From positions 1 to 64,000 of the IMG/VR virus record IMGVR_UViG_3300012683_000008: a DNA stretch of 64,000 nucleotides. One strand, written 5' to 3'. Positions 18,635 to 27,637 of the stretch are shown here, piece by piece (within the stretch, counting starts at the first letter, position 1; each line of letters opens with the position of its first letter). The DNA comes from a virus. Under the pieces are notes generated by a model. The model ran no database searches. It had not been told where the DNA came from and saw nothing but the letters and a program-made list of their open reading frames with translations. The position numbers and the translations under genes were made by a program.

Positions 18635-20173
18635 TTAGCGCCGTTGCGGAATTGGCTGAGTAACACCGCTCTTGAATCCAGGGGTGATGGCGGTGTGCTC
18701 TTGGGCTGCGAAGTTCGCACCCGTTCGAGCAGGGGCATGCAGTCCAGGAGTGGCGGACTTGTAGGCTTTCTGCATCGAAGGGAGGGCGGCCTTGGCTCCA
18801 GCTCCAAGAGCTCCACCCACCATCGCTCCACCGGCAGCTCCACGTGCCATTGCTCCGATGCGGCTCTTCGGCTGTCCGGTTGCTGGGTCACGCCCAGGAG
18901 CCACGAGTCCCTTCGCAGCTCCGAGAGCAGCGCCACCAGCGGCTCCCATGCCTGCGGCCTGACCCATCGTCTTGCCACCCAGAGCCTTGGTGGCCATGGG
19001 AGCGGCCTTCGCCATGGCGTTCTGCATCATCGGCTTGGCAGCTCCCATTGCCTTCTGAGCGATCGGCTTCATCTGTCCGACGAAGTTCTTCGCCATCGAG
19101 CCGATGCCGGCCATACCGGTACCGAGAGCAGCCCTCTTCTCCATCGCTGCTGCGAGCTTCTGGACGCTCACTGAAGAGGTCTTGCCGATCGAGCCGAAGA
19201 GAGCACCAGTTGCTGCACCACCAGCAGCTCCTGAGAGCCCACGGCGCATCATCGTCTTCATGCGCTGCTTCTCTCCAGTGACTGGATCTTCTTTCGGATC
19301 GAGGAAGCCAGAGACGGCACCACCGGCACCACCGGTCGCAGCACCGATCGCAGTGCCTCTGAGGATGGGGTCCTGAATCTTGCTGATGCCGGAGCCGACT
19401 GCCTTCACAGCTCCATGAGCCTTCGAGCCGACAGCCTTGGCTGCGGCCCCGATCGGTCCCTTGACTCGATCGTAGGCACGCATGACCCGACCTGGGATCT
19501 TCGAGGCCTCGTTCACCTGGTGGAAGCTGGTCGCTTCCTTCTTCTTCTCGATCTTGCCGTACGTGCCGAGGAAACCAGGCTTCGCTCCCTTCTCCTCTGA
19601 AAGAGGCGTGAGCTCTCCGCCCATCGGGTTCCAGGCGTTCTTGCCCTCACGGTGCTTCTTCTCGACGTAAGAGTAGTGACGAGCTGCTCCTCGTGGGTCT
19701 CCCTCACCGAACATGAAGCGAAGAACCCTGAGAATCTTTGCTGGATTCTTTCCGGTCTTGGAATCGATGTGGCCGAGGGCGTTGTGCTCTTGAAGGTGAG
19801 CCGCACGGTTGGTGAAATACTCCTTCCGATGCTTGGCTCTCTCAGCATCGAAGGCATGTCCTTCTGGAGTCACTGCAAGAGCCTGCTTCTCCATCCGAGC
19901 GATCTCACGGCCCCAGGCTTCTGCCTTCTTCAGCAGCTCCTGCGGAGACGGCTTCTCGTTCTTCTCCATGTCCCTCTTGATGAGAGACGAAGCAGCCTCG
20001 TTGGTCTCCAGCTCTGAGGAGGATCTCTTGTGCAGTTTCTGGGCAGCGTTGTCATCGGGGAAGGACCAAGCCTGCTTCAAGAGCCCTTCGAGCTCCTCGA
20101 CGGACATTGAGCGGAGAGGAGTGATCTCCTCATCCTCACTCAGGGTCCACGCCAGCTTCATCTCGGGCTTCAT
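18635..20173 (-). CDS. Glycine-zipper repeat protein with K-x-A sites (putative internal virion protein)
   Basis: Two G-zipper hairpin modules; KQA, KKA, KEA, KLA and KRA sites. Confidence 0.7.
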   Translation of the reverse strand: MKPEMKLAWTLSEDEEITPLRSMSVEELEGLLKQAWSFPDDNAAQKLHKRSSSELETNEAASSLIKRDMEKNEKPSPQELLKKAEAWGREIARMEKQALAVTPEGHAFDAERAKHRKEYFTNRAAHLQEHNALGHIDSKTGKNPAKILRVLRFMFGEGDPRGAARHYSYVEKKHREGKNAWNPMGGELTPLSEEKGAKPGFLGTYGKIEKKKEATSFHQVNEASKIPGRVMRAYDRVKGPIGAAAKAVGSKAHGAVKAVGSGISKIQDPILRGTAIGAATGGAGGAVSGFLDPKEDPVTGEKQRMKTMMRRGLSGAAGGAATGALFGSIGKTSSVSVQKLAAAMEKRAALGTGMAGIGSMAKNFVGQMKPIAQKAMGAAKPMMQNAMAKAAPMATKALGGKTMGQAAGMGAAGGAALGAAKGLVAPGRDPATGQPKSRIGAMARGAAGGAMVGGALGAGAKAALPSMQKAYKSATPGLHAPARTGANFAAQEHTAITPGFKSGVTQPIPQRR

Positions 20174-20182
20174 GAACTCTCC

Positions 20183-20656
20183 TTAACCAACGAACCTGCG
20201 AGCCAGGGCACCAGCGGCGTAGCCTGCGGCGCCTCCAAGGGGAGCAGCCAGCAGAGCTCCACGAACCGGGTGCTTCTCTGAGATGCGAGCGATGTCGACT
20301 GAGGACTTCGCACGAGCATGGCCCATCTGCTGATCGAACGATGGGGTCTGAGTCTCTCCCATCTCCTTCTCTCGACCGGCCAGGCTCTTCTCGGCCACCT
20401 CACGCTGCTTCGAAGGCTTGCCGTCCTTGGACTTGTTCGCCAGGTACTGAAGACCCGTGGCAGTGGCCATGCCGATGGCGGCTCCGAGAAGAGGAGCCTT
20501 CCTGCCGGCGACGAACTCTCCGACCTCTCGGACTCCCTTGGCTGCGAGGTCCTTCACGCCGGCGGCGGACTTCCTGAGCTCAGAGAAGTACTCTGAGGCC
20601 TCCTTGGCGAAGGTCCCATCTGTCTTCAGAGCTGACAGGAAGTCTCTCTCGTCCAT
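20183..20656 (-). CDS. Glycine-zipper membrane-like protein
   Basis: YFSELRKSA leader-like segment; LLGAAIGMA and PLGGAAGYAAG helices. Confidence 0.7.
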   Translation of the reverse strand: MDERDFLSALKTDGTFAKEASEYFSELRKSAAGVKDLAAKGVREVGEFVAGRKAPLLGAAIGMATATGLQYLANKSKDGKPSKQREVAEKSLAGREKEMGETQTPSFDQQMGHARAKSSVDIARISEKHPVRGALLAAPLGGAAGYAAGALARRFVG

Positions 20657-20695
20657 GGCACCAGGGTACGACGGTCGAACGGGTGTGGGAACTGC

Positions 20696-20839
20696 TCAGG
20701 TGTAGAACAGGACGTACTTGCCGCTGGACGTGTCGAAGACGATCGAGACGACGGTGGTGACGTTGTTCGGGGCTGAGGCAGCGTACGCTGCGGCCTCTGA
20801 AGCGTTGGCAAATGCTTTCTGCTTGAGTGCGACGGCCAT
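20696..20839 (-). CDS. Small protein (47 aa), not in ORF track
   Basis: AAGGAG RBS; MAVALKQKAFANASEAAAYAASAPNNVTTVVSIVFDTSSGKYVLFYT; fills the intergenic gap. Confidence 0.75.
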   Translation of the reverse strand: MAVALKQKAFANASEAAAYAASAPNNVTTVVSIVFDTSSGKYVLFYT

Positions 20840-20848
20840 GATCTCTCC

Positions 20849-21460
20849 TTACGCAGGGGTTCTCTTGAACAGCTTCATCGGATTCGCTTTGGAGAGAGCG
20901 GACCCTACACTCTTTCCGACACTCTTCGCAGCGTTCCCGACTCCCTGAGCTGCCCTTCCTGCCACGCCCTTCAGGTCTTTGCCAACCTGGCTGACTGGAG
21001 TGAACCCGTAGTCGACCACCTTGCGCAGGCCCTTGGACTCCAGAGGAATGCCCTTGGCGAACTCGGCAGCGTGGGCCAGCTCGGGGATGTGCTTCGCCGC
21101 AGAGAGGTGTTGTCCAAGCTGCTGAAGACCTCCCATGCCCTTCGCCGCCCCAGCGGCTCTGTGCGCCGTCTCGTAGAGGTTGGTCAGCTTGGGATCAACG
21201 CCGATGGCCATTGCATGACGCAGAGGAGCTGAGAGCATCGGCTTCCCCTGCATGGCTGTACGAGCTCCGACGCCGGCCACCTCTTGAGCGAGCCGACGAA
21301 GCGGAGGAAGGTGGTGACCGAACCTGTTGAGAGCGTTCGTTGCCATGATCTTCCCGCCTGCGACCATGCCGGCCATGGCCATGGGATCGATCGCCGCCTG
21401 CTTCTTGTGAGCGATCTTCTCGACCTCGTCGAGGAATGCCTTGTACGTGGCGGGATGCAT
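20849..21460 (-). CDS. Leader-tagged G/A-rich protein
   Basis: MHPATYKAFLDEVEKIA; TAATG overlap with the upstream stop. Confidence 0.75.
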   Translation of the reverse strand: MHPATYKAFLDEVEKIAHKKQAAIDPMAMAGMVAGGKIMATNALNRFGHHLPPLRRLAQEVAGVGARTAMQGKPMLSAPLRHAMAIGVDPKLTNLYETAHRAAGAAKGMGGLQQLGQHLSAAKHIPELAHAAEFAKGIPLESKGLRKVVDYGFTPVSQVGKDLKGVAGRAAQGVGNAAKSVGKSVGSALSKANPMKLFKRTPA

Positions 21461-21948
21461 TACCACTCACCGTAGAAGTTGTTCACGAAACGGTACTCCG
21501 AGAAGATGCCTCCACCCCAGGCGTTCTCGATGTTGATGGCGACCTTGATGCGCTGCTTCTTCTCTTCGTACGAGTTCTTGAAGAGCTGGATCCAGGACTG
21601 AATGAAAGGCGTCTTGTCGCTGACGCCGACCTGGATGCCACCGTCGCTGAACTGGAGATGGTTCCGAGTCTGGAGGATGCCCACGGACTCGTAGAGCGAG
21701 ATGACGGTCCCTCGAAGCAGGAGACTCGCCGAGGGGAAGTTGACGATACCGTAGTTCGTGAAGTGCGGAGTCGTGTTGAAGTCGTCGATGGCGTCGGCGA
21801 TGGCCCAGACGATCTGCCGGTTGGAGCTCTCGAAGCCGGCGATAAGCCGGTTGAGCTCAGGGTAATCCCGAGTGAAAGTCCGCACCGTCTGGATGAACCT
21901 GTTCAGTTCCAGACTTGCATTCGGGATTCCTGGGCCAAACTCGTCCAC
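21460..21948 (-). CDS. Putative head-tail connector
   Basis: Helical 162-aa protein downstream of the capsid gene; FSDGG motif. Confidence 0.55.
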   Translation of the reverse strand: MDEFGPGIPNASLELNRFIQTVRTFTRDYPELNRLIAGFESSNRQIVWAIADAIDDFNTTPHFTNYGIVNFPSASLLLRGTVISLYESVGILQTRNHLQFSDGGIQVGVSDKTPFIQSWIQLFKNSYEEKKQRIKVAINIENAWGGGIFSEYRFVNNFYGEW

Positions 21949-21960
21949 GCCGCACCCCTG

Positions 21961-22293
21961 TTACTTCTTCTTCTTGGAATCGTCCTTCGACTCGGGCCTG
22001 GCCTCGGCCGGAATCTTGACCTCGACCTTCACCGTCTCTTCGAGCTTGACGACGTCGGAGGCCTTCTTGGCCGGCACTTCCTTCATCGCCAGCTCGTCGG
22101 GCGTCGGCTCGGGAACAGGCTCAGGCTTCGACCACCCCTTCGGGAGAGATCCGAAGGCGAGAATGCCTGCGTCCTGTAGGGCGAGGTCACGATCCGGAAC
22201 GTGCTTCAGGTCGGCGTGCTCGCTCATCCCGTACCCCGGCATCGTCCGGCCACGGTAGTCCACGTGCTTGTCGGTCAGGTTGAAGACTTTCAC
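21961..22293 (-). CDS. Hypothetical protein with Pro/Lys-rich tail
   Basis: GGAG RBS, GTGA overlap. Confidence 0.65.
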   Translation of the reverse strand: MKVFNLTDKHVDYRGRTMPGYGMSEHADLKHVPDRDLALQDAGILAFGSLPKGWSKPEPVPEPTPDELAMKEVPAKKASDVVKLEETVKVEVKIPAEARPESKDDSKKKK

Positions 22294-22883
22294 TTGGAGG
22301 CTCCCTTCTTCTTCGAGCTGGACTTGGACTCGGCCTTCGGCGCCGAGGGAGGAGGTGCAGGAATCTCCTCTTCCTTCTTCTCTTCGACGACCGGAGTCGG
22401 CTCAGGAGCTGGAGGAGGTGGCTCTTCCGCCGGTGGGGTTGGAGCAGGAGGCTCCGACGGTGGGTGAGGCGGGATGATGACTTCAGGCGGCGCAGGAGGA
22501 GCGGCGACTACTTCTGGAGCCACCACCTCCCCCTGCGTCGCTGGAGCGTCCCCGGCTCCTGGATCGTGGACCATTGGCAGACCACAGACTGGGCACTTGT
22601 ACTCGCCGCCCTGCCCACGTGGAACCTGCCCACACTTCGAACACGGAACTGGTGCTGCCATGGCTTCCTCCTTCGGTCGATCGATCTTGATTGCGCCTGC
22701 CTTCTCCAGTTCGAGCAGTTGGCGTTCGTTCGCTTTGTAGTCCACATCTGCGAGCCGCATCGGCTTGCTACCACGACGTAGCACTCGCCCGAGAACAACG
22801 GGCTCCTCTGCGAAGCGAGCAGAGGTCTTCTGCGCAGTAGAAAGCTGCTTCCCCTCTTGAAACCCCCTGGTGATGACGTACAT
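22290..22883 (-). CDS. Zn-ribbon, Pro-rich hypothetical protein
   Basis: CSKC and CPVC; PE-rich tail; AAGGA RBS. Confidence 0.7.
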   Translation of the reverse strand: MYVITRGFQEGKQLSTAQKTSARFAEEPVVLGRVLRRGSKPMRLADVDYKANERQLLELEKAGAIKIDRPKEEAMAAPVPCSKCGQVPRGQGGEYKCPVCGLPMVHDPGAGDAPATQGEVVAPEVVAAPPAPPEVIIPPHPPSEPPAPTPPAEEPPPPAPEPTPVVEEKKEEEIPAPPPSAPKAESKSSSKKKGASK

Positions 22884-22950
22884 CGACAGGTCCTTTCAGT
22901 TATTGCTGCTTGAAGGTCCAAGCTACTCCATCTTGGGCCCACAAACAGCA

Positions 22951-22982
22951 AGAGGAAGGAAGGAACATCCCTTCCTTCCTCT
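22951..22982 (-). terminator. Terminator after the major capsid gene
   Basis: AGAGGAAGGAAGG / CCTTCCTTCCTCT 13-bp stem. Confidence 0.75.
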
Positions 22983-23021
22983 CGGACTCAGCCAGTTACG
23001 GCCAAGAGTCGATGGACTCGC

Positions 23022-24143
23022 TTAGAACTGGTCGACCTGGGGGTAGGTCAGGCCAGCGTCGGCACGGTTGTTCACCGTGGACAGGTTCTCCTCGGAGACC
23101 GGCAGGGCGGCTGCGAAGCCGGTGTCGGTTGCGCCGGGGGTGACCGAGCCCGAGTAGAGCTCCAGCTTGACGACGGCGGCGATGTTGCCGAAGCCCATGC
23201 CGATGTCTTCCCAGCTCATCCAGGTGATCAGGTTCGCGATCTTGTCGATGTAGAACTTGGTCTGGTTGAGGATGTAGAACCGGCCGAAGAACTCCGGCGC
23301 CGTGAAGCAGTAGATGTTGCCTTCACGGAGGAGGTCCGTCTTGATGGTCCGGATGATCTTCAGTCCGGTCACCGTGTTGGACTTCCAGCCCTCGGTTGCC
23401 GTCTCGCCGGCGATCGTCATGCCGACGTCCTGGATGGTCCAGGCCGAGATGTCGTCGTAGTCCGGCTCCGTGATGAGAACCCGCTCCGCACGCAGCTTCT
23501 TGCGGTGGAGCAGCTTCTTCAGCTTGATGAAGTCCGGCTTCAGCACCGGGTTGATCGTGAAGTTGTCCGTCGCCTGCGACAGAGCACCCTCACCCTTCAC
23601 CACCGCCGAGCCGATGACCGTGGCGGCGAGCACCGCCGAGGTCCGGAAGCCCGTGGCCGAGCCGTTCACGTCGAGCTGCACCGCCTGGATGCAGGCTTCG
23701 ACGTACAGCAGGAACTGCCGGTCTTCGATCTCCTGGATGTCCTTCACCGAGTTCTCTTCGATGATCTTGGTGATGGGCATCTCGTACGCCAGGAGCTCCT
23801 GCTCGTACTTCTCGAACTTCTCGCTCGCGATCGTGAAGAACGGGATCTCGTAGCGGGCCGCCCTGATGAGGCGAGCCGTGGGCTGGCCACGGAAGGTCAG
23901 CGCCATCGCCCGTGAGTTGGGCTCGATGTCGACGATCTTCACCAGCGTGTCGTGGTTGACCGACCGCTGGAGTTCGGTGCGCTGCACGTTCGTGGGAGGA
24001 ACGATCTTTCTGGCGAAGCTGACTTCACGCAGACGGTCGCGGATGTACGACCCGCCGAACTCTGCGATCTTGTCCTTGCCCGCTGAGGATCCGATCTTCT
24101 CGAAGAACATCTCGTTGAGGACCTTTGCTGGGACTGCGCTCAT
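23022..24143 (-). CDS. Major capsid protein
   Basis: 373 aa, very strong codon bias, downstream of protease and scaffolds, followed by a terminator; YIRDRLRE.SFARKI.PP. Confidence 0.8.
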   Translation of the reverse strand: MSAVPAKVLNEMFFEKIGSSAGKDKIAEFGGSYIRDRLREVSFARKIVPPTNVQRTELQRSVNHDTLVKIVDIEPNSRAMALTFRGQPTARLIRAARYEIPFFTIASEKFEKYEQELLAYEMPITKIIEENSVKDIQEIEDRQFLLYVEACIQAVQLDVNGSATGFRTSAVLAATVIGSAVVKGEGALSQATDNFTINPVLKPDFIKLKKLLHRKKLRAERVLITEPDYDDISAWTIQDVGMTIAGETATEGWKSNTVTGLKIIRTIKTDLLREGNIYCFTAPEFFGRFYILNQTKFYIDKIANLITWMSWEDIGMGFGNIAAVVKLELYSGSVTPGATDTGFAAALPVSEENLSTVNNRADAGLTYPQVDQF

Positions 24144-24218
24144 GGTCTGTCTCCTGTTTCTTTCTTTGGGTGGACGAGGGTATCTACGTCCAAGTTGGTG
24201 TTTGTTGGACTTCCTCGC

Positions 24219-24686
24219 TCACATCTTCTGGTTGCCGAAGTGCACGAAGCGGACGAATCCGCCGTCGAGCAGCTTGCTCACGTACCCGACCCGAACACGG
24301 CCGGCGCCGGCGGCGTCCTTCTTCACGCCACGGCGGGTCAGCGACTGGTAGGTGACGTCCTGAACCGTCAGGGAGTCGCCCAGGGCCAGAGCGGTGGTGT
24401 CGATCACCTTCGTCTGGGCCTCGTACATGCCCAGCATCAGCGTGCTGACCTTGCCGATGGCCTGCGTGTCGTAGCGACCACGCTCGGTGAAGACCGGGAA
24501 CACGTTCGGATCGGTGCCCTCACCCGTGCCACGAGCGAGGTTGTAGTTGGTGTCGATGACGAGCCACTCGCCGTCGATCACTGGGTTGGCGTTGAACGGG
24601 TTCACCAGAGTCTGGTCCGCCAGGTAGAAGTCCCGGCGAGTCAGGGTCTGAATCTCGGTGACCAGTTGAAAGTTTGGTCCAGGCAT
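24219..24686 (-). CDS. Putative capsid decoration/cement protein
   Basis: 155-aa beta protein just upstream of the major capsid gene; strong codon bias. Confidence 0.55.
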   Translation of the reverse strand: MPGPNFQLVTEIQTLTRRDFYLADQTLVNPFNANPVIDGEWLVIDTNYNLARGTGEGTDPNVFPVFTERGRYDTQAIGKVSTLMLGMYEAQTKVIDTTALALGDSLTVQDVTYQSLTRRGVKKDAAGAGRVRVGYVSKLLDGGFVRFVHFGNQKM

Positions 24687-24740
24687 CTTGTTACTCCTTC
24701 AAAGTGTGTTGGTGTGAAGTTCAAACAGCGGTGGGAGGCC

Positions 24741-25136
24741 TCACTCGATCGTGGAGAGATTGGCGGCGAAAGCATCGGCAGCGTTGTCTCCATCGCTGTC
24801 GCTTCCTTCGACCGTCACGTGGCCGCCTTCAGCCACCGAGGCGAGCTTCATCTGGGGGGCGGAGAGGTTGACTGCCTCTTCGAGGACCTCCAGCTTCTCG
24901 TGCTGACGAAGGCTGGCGACCTTTTCCTCCAGGCTGAGCTCGGGGTTCAGACCCTTGGACTCCATCGCCTTGGCGACCTTCTCGATGCGCTTGTCACGCT
25001 CGAAGCCGGCGACCTTGGTCTGGAGCTCCTCGTTCTTCGCCTTGACCGTCTTGTTCTCCTCCGAGAGCGCCCGGAGGTTCTCGGCGGCCACTTTCATCAT
25101 CTGGCCCGCCTGTGCTGCACTGACTTTGTTCATCAT
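24741..25136 (-). CDS. Putative scaffold protein (coiled coil)
   Basis: Coiled coil with KVA and KLA sites. Confidence 0.55.
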   Translation of the reverse strand: MMNKVSAAQAGQMMKVAAENLRALSEENKTVKAKNEELQTKVAGFERDKRIEKVAKAMESKGLNPELSLEEKVASLRQHEKLEVLEEAVNLSAPQMKLASVAEGGHVTVEGSDSDGDNAADAFAANLSTIE

Positions 25137-25163
25137 GGGCGTTTCTCCTTGGACTTTGGCCTC

Positions 25164-26381
25164 TTACATCGAGGGAGCGGGCGTCGAAGTCGTGGAGGAG
25201 CCGGTCATGGGCATGCCCATGCTCTTCTTCTCCATCGCCTTCTTCATCTTGCAGTGCTTGCACTCGCCCTTCCCGTCGCACGTGCAGCCCTCTTCAGCGA
25301 TCTTCTTGAGGAGCTCCCGTGCCGCTGCGATCTTCACGCCGCCTTTGGCGGCATTCCGCAGGTTCTCTTGGACCTTGGCGTCGTGAGCCTTGGACATCAT
25401 CGGCTCGGTGAGCACCTCGGCCATCAGCTTCTTCTGCGGCGCCTTCGCCTGAACCTTCTTGGCGTTGGTCGCGGCAGCGTTGGAATCGATCATCGAACGA
25501 GCGCTGTTGGTGCCGCCCGACGGAGGCTTGGGGCCGTCACCCGACTTGGAGTCGAGCGTCTCGCCGCCCATCTTCTTCTCGACGTTGGCGATCTTGCCGA
25601 GGATGAAGTCGACGGCGGAAGCCTTCTTCTCGCCATCCTTCTTGTCGAAGGTGACGACCTCGGCCGGCTTGGTCTCTTCCTTGGACTCTTCGTCCTTGGG
25701 AGCCAGAGCAGCCTGGAGGCGGGCGACGGAAGCCGACTTCGGCTTCTCGGTCTTGGCCTGCTCCTCGACCTCGGCGGTGTCGTCTTCGTGACCGACGTCC
25801 TCGTTCAGGGTCGTCGGCTTCGGGGCAGCAGCGGAGCGGATCTTGTCCAGCACCGACTCGGCCGCCGTCTTCATGACGCCCTTCTTGGGGTACGGAGTCC
25901 CACCGGGACGCTTGGCGTGATCGTTCTTGACCTGGGTGGGGGCTGGTCCGCCGGCATCACCCTTCTGGCTCTCGGTCGACATCGGCACGTTGTGCGCCTT
26001 CGACTTGTCCTTGCCGTAGTTCTGCTTGCCGGAAACGGGCTTCATGACGGCGAGGGTCTGACCGCCACCCTTGTACTCGGCCCCGTGGTCCTGCTCGTCG
26101 GCCGACGTCTTCATGAGCTGATCGCCGACCGTCTCCAGCGCCGAGGCGAGCTTCTCGACCTCTTCTGGATCAGCGAAGTCGATCGCCGAGGCTTCCTTGT
26201 CCTTCTCCTCTTTCTCTTCCTTCACGGAGGGGACGTGGCCGTGTTCCTTCTTCTCGTAGTCGACGAGCTTCTTGACCTTCTCGTCCTTGCCTTCTGCGGC
26301 AGCGATCTTCACGCGGGAGTCGTCGATGATCCGAGCGACCATATCGGCGAGCGGAAGGTTGCCTGCGAGCTTTGAGATCAT
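25164..26381 (-). CDS. Putative scaffold/internal head protein
   Basis: Highly charged, low complexity, many K-x-A sites, C-terminal CxC..CxxC. Confidence 0.55.
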   Translation of the reverse strand: MISKLAGNLPLADMVARIIDDSRVKIAAAEGKDEKVKKLVDYEKKEHGHVPSVKEEKEEKDKEASAIDFADPEEVEKLASALETVGDQLMKTSADEQDHGAEYKGGGQTLAVMKPVSGKQNYGKDKSKAHNVPMSTESQKGDAGGPAPTQVKNDHAKRPGGTPYPKKGVMKTAAESVLDKIRSAAAPKPTTLNEDVGHEDDTAEVEEQAKTEKPKSASVARLQAALAPKDEESKEETKPAEVVTFDKKDGEKKASAVDFILGKIANVEKKMGGETLDSKSGDGPKPPSGGTNSARSMIDSNAAATNAKKVQAKAPQKKLMAEVLTEPMMSKAHDAKVQENLRNAAKGGVKIAAARELLKKIAEEGCTCDGKGECKHCKMKKAMEKKSMGMPMTGSSTTSTPAPSM

Positions 26382-26393
26382 TTCGGCGTCTCC

Positions 26394-26633
26394 TTACTGC
26401 GTCACGGGAGGAGGTGGGTTTGCCTTCATACTGCTAAGGTGGTCTTGAACGGGAGAAGTTTCTGGTGGTGTCTGTGGCTTTGAGACCAACTTGGGCAGCT
26501 TTGGCTTGTTGGCCATCACCGGCTTCGTTACCTGCGCAACCGATGATGCCGTGTTTTGAGTGGTGGTGGCAATCTTCTTGAGTTCGTCTGAGAACCCCAA
26601 GAACATCTCCAAGCTGATTCTTCTGTTGGACAT
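26394..26633 (-). CDS. Small leader-tagged protein
   Basis: ISLEMFLGFSDELKKIA then a P/T/K-rich tail; GAGG RBS. Confidence 0.65.
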   Translation of the reverse strand: MSNRRISLEMFLGFSDELKKIATTTQNTASSVAQVTKPVMANKPKLPKLVSKPQTPPETSPVQDHLSSMKANPPPPVTQ

Positions 26634-26654
26634 GTTCGTCGTTTCCTCAGACAA

Positions 26655-26692
26655 GCTCCTGGGGCCTGCAAAGATACATCTGCCCCAGGAGC
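26655..26692 (-). terminator. Hairpin after the scaffold-like gene
   Basis: GCTCCTGGGGC / GCCCCAGGAGC 11-bp stem. Confidence 0.55.
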
Positions 26693-26708
26693 CCGTACGC
26701 CTGATGTC

Positions 26709-27578
26709 TTACTTCGCAGCTTCCTCGGCCGGAGCCTCTTCTTCCTTGGCCGGGAGCTCGTAGCCGGCGTTGGCGATCATCGCCAGGGCCCGCTCGTCGA
26801 CCTTCTGAGCGAGCAGAGCTGCCTGCTCCTCGTTGATCGAGCTCTTCTTCTCGCTCTCTTCCGTCTCCTGCTGGGCGTTCGGGTCGATCCCGTGCTCCTT
26901 CAGGATCTCGTGAGCCCGAACGACGGCGAGCTGATCGAGAGCGGAGAGCTGCTGCTCTTCCTCTGCCGGCTGCTCAGCCGATGCCTTCTTCGACTTGCGG
27001 CCGGCTGCGAAGCCAGCTCCTGCCGAGGCGGCGGCACCTGCTGCCATCGCCTTGCCCTTGTTCTTGGCCATGAAGTCACCGACCTTGCCTGCGCCCGACT
27101 TCAGCGCCGCCTTGGCAGTGTCCTTGTGCTTCGAAGCCGCAGCGCCAGTCATGGCCACTGCGCCCTTCAGGTTGTCGAGCTTGTTGGCCGTCTTCGTCTT
27201 GGCAGCGGCCTCCTTCTCGATCTCCTTGCGCTCCGCCACGTAGGCGTGCGCCATCACGCGACCCAGGTAGTCGGCCTCGGCGATCTTCTCCTGCTCGGGC
27301 GTGAGCTGCTCGCCCTCTTCGCCGGCCGTCTTCTCTTCGCCCTCTTCACCTTCGTCGCCTTCTGCTTCGGTCTGCTCTTCTGCCGGAGTCTCCTCGGCAG
27401 CCGAGTCGCCATCGAGGATCGAAGCGGCCAGCGTCTCTGCCTCTTCGTCGCTCAGGCCACTGACGTCGACTGATTCGTCAGACGCCAGCTTCTCGGCGAG
27501 AGCTGCCGTGGCGATGGCTTCGAGGTCGGTCTCGTCGGCCTGGTTGGTCTTGTACACCTCTGCGAGCTTGGGATCCAT
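26709..27578 (-). CDS. Acidic scaffold-like protein
   Basis: E/A-rich; EKLA, EKTA, EKIA, EKEA; directly downstream of the protease. Confidence 0.6.
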   Translation of the reverse strand: MDPKLAEVYKTNQADETDLEAIATAALAEKLASDESVDVSGLSDEEAETLAASILDGDSAAEETPAEEQTEAEGDEGEEGEEKTAGEEGEQLTPEQEKIAEADYLGRVMAHAYVAERKEIEKEAAAKTKTANKLDNLKGAVAMTGAAASKHKDTAKAALKSGAGKVGDFMAKNKGKAMAAGAAASAGAGFAAGRKSKKASAEQPAEEEQQLSALDQLAVVRAHEILKEHGIDPNAQQETEESEKKSSINEEQAALLAQKVDERALAMIANAGYELPAKEEEAPAEEAAK

Positions 27579-27637
27579 CTTGTGTCTCCTTCAACGAATG
27601 AACTTCTGGAAGATGGCCGTCTTCAAGGTCGAGACCT

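Noticed and set aside
24195-26375. 726-aa plus-strand ORF, and similar long ORFs such as 51116-53227, 38003-39418 and 11233-12582
   Set aside because: Antisense shadows of strongly codon-biased minus-strand genes; L/V/R/H/G-rich with no motifs or RBS
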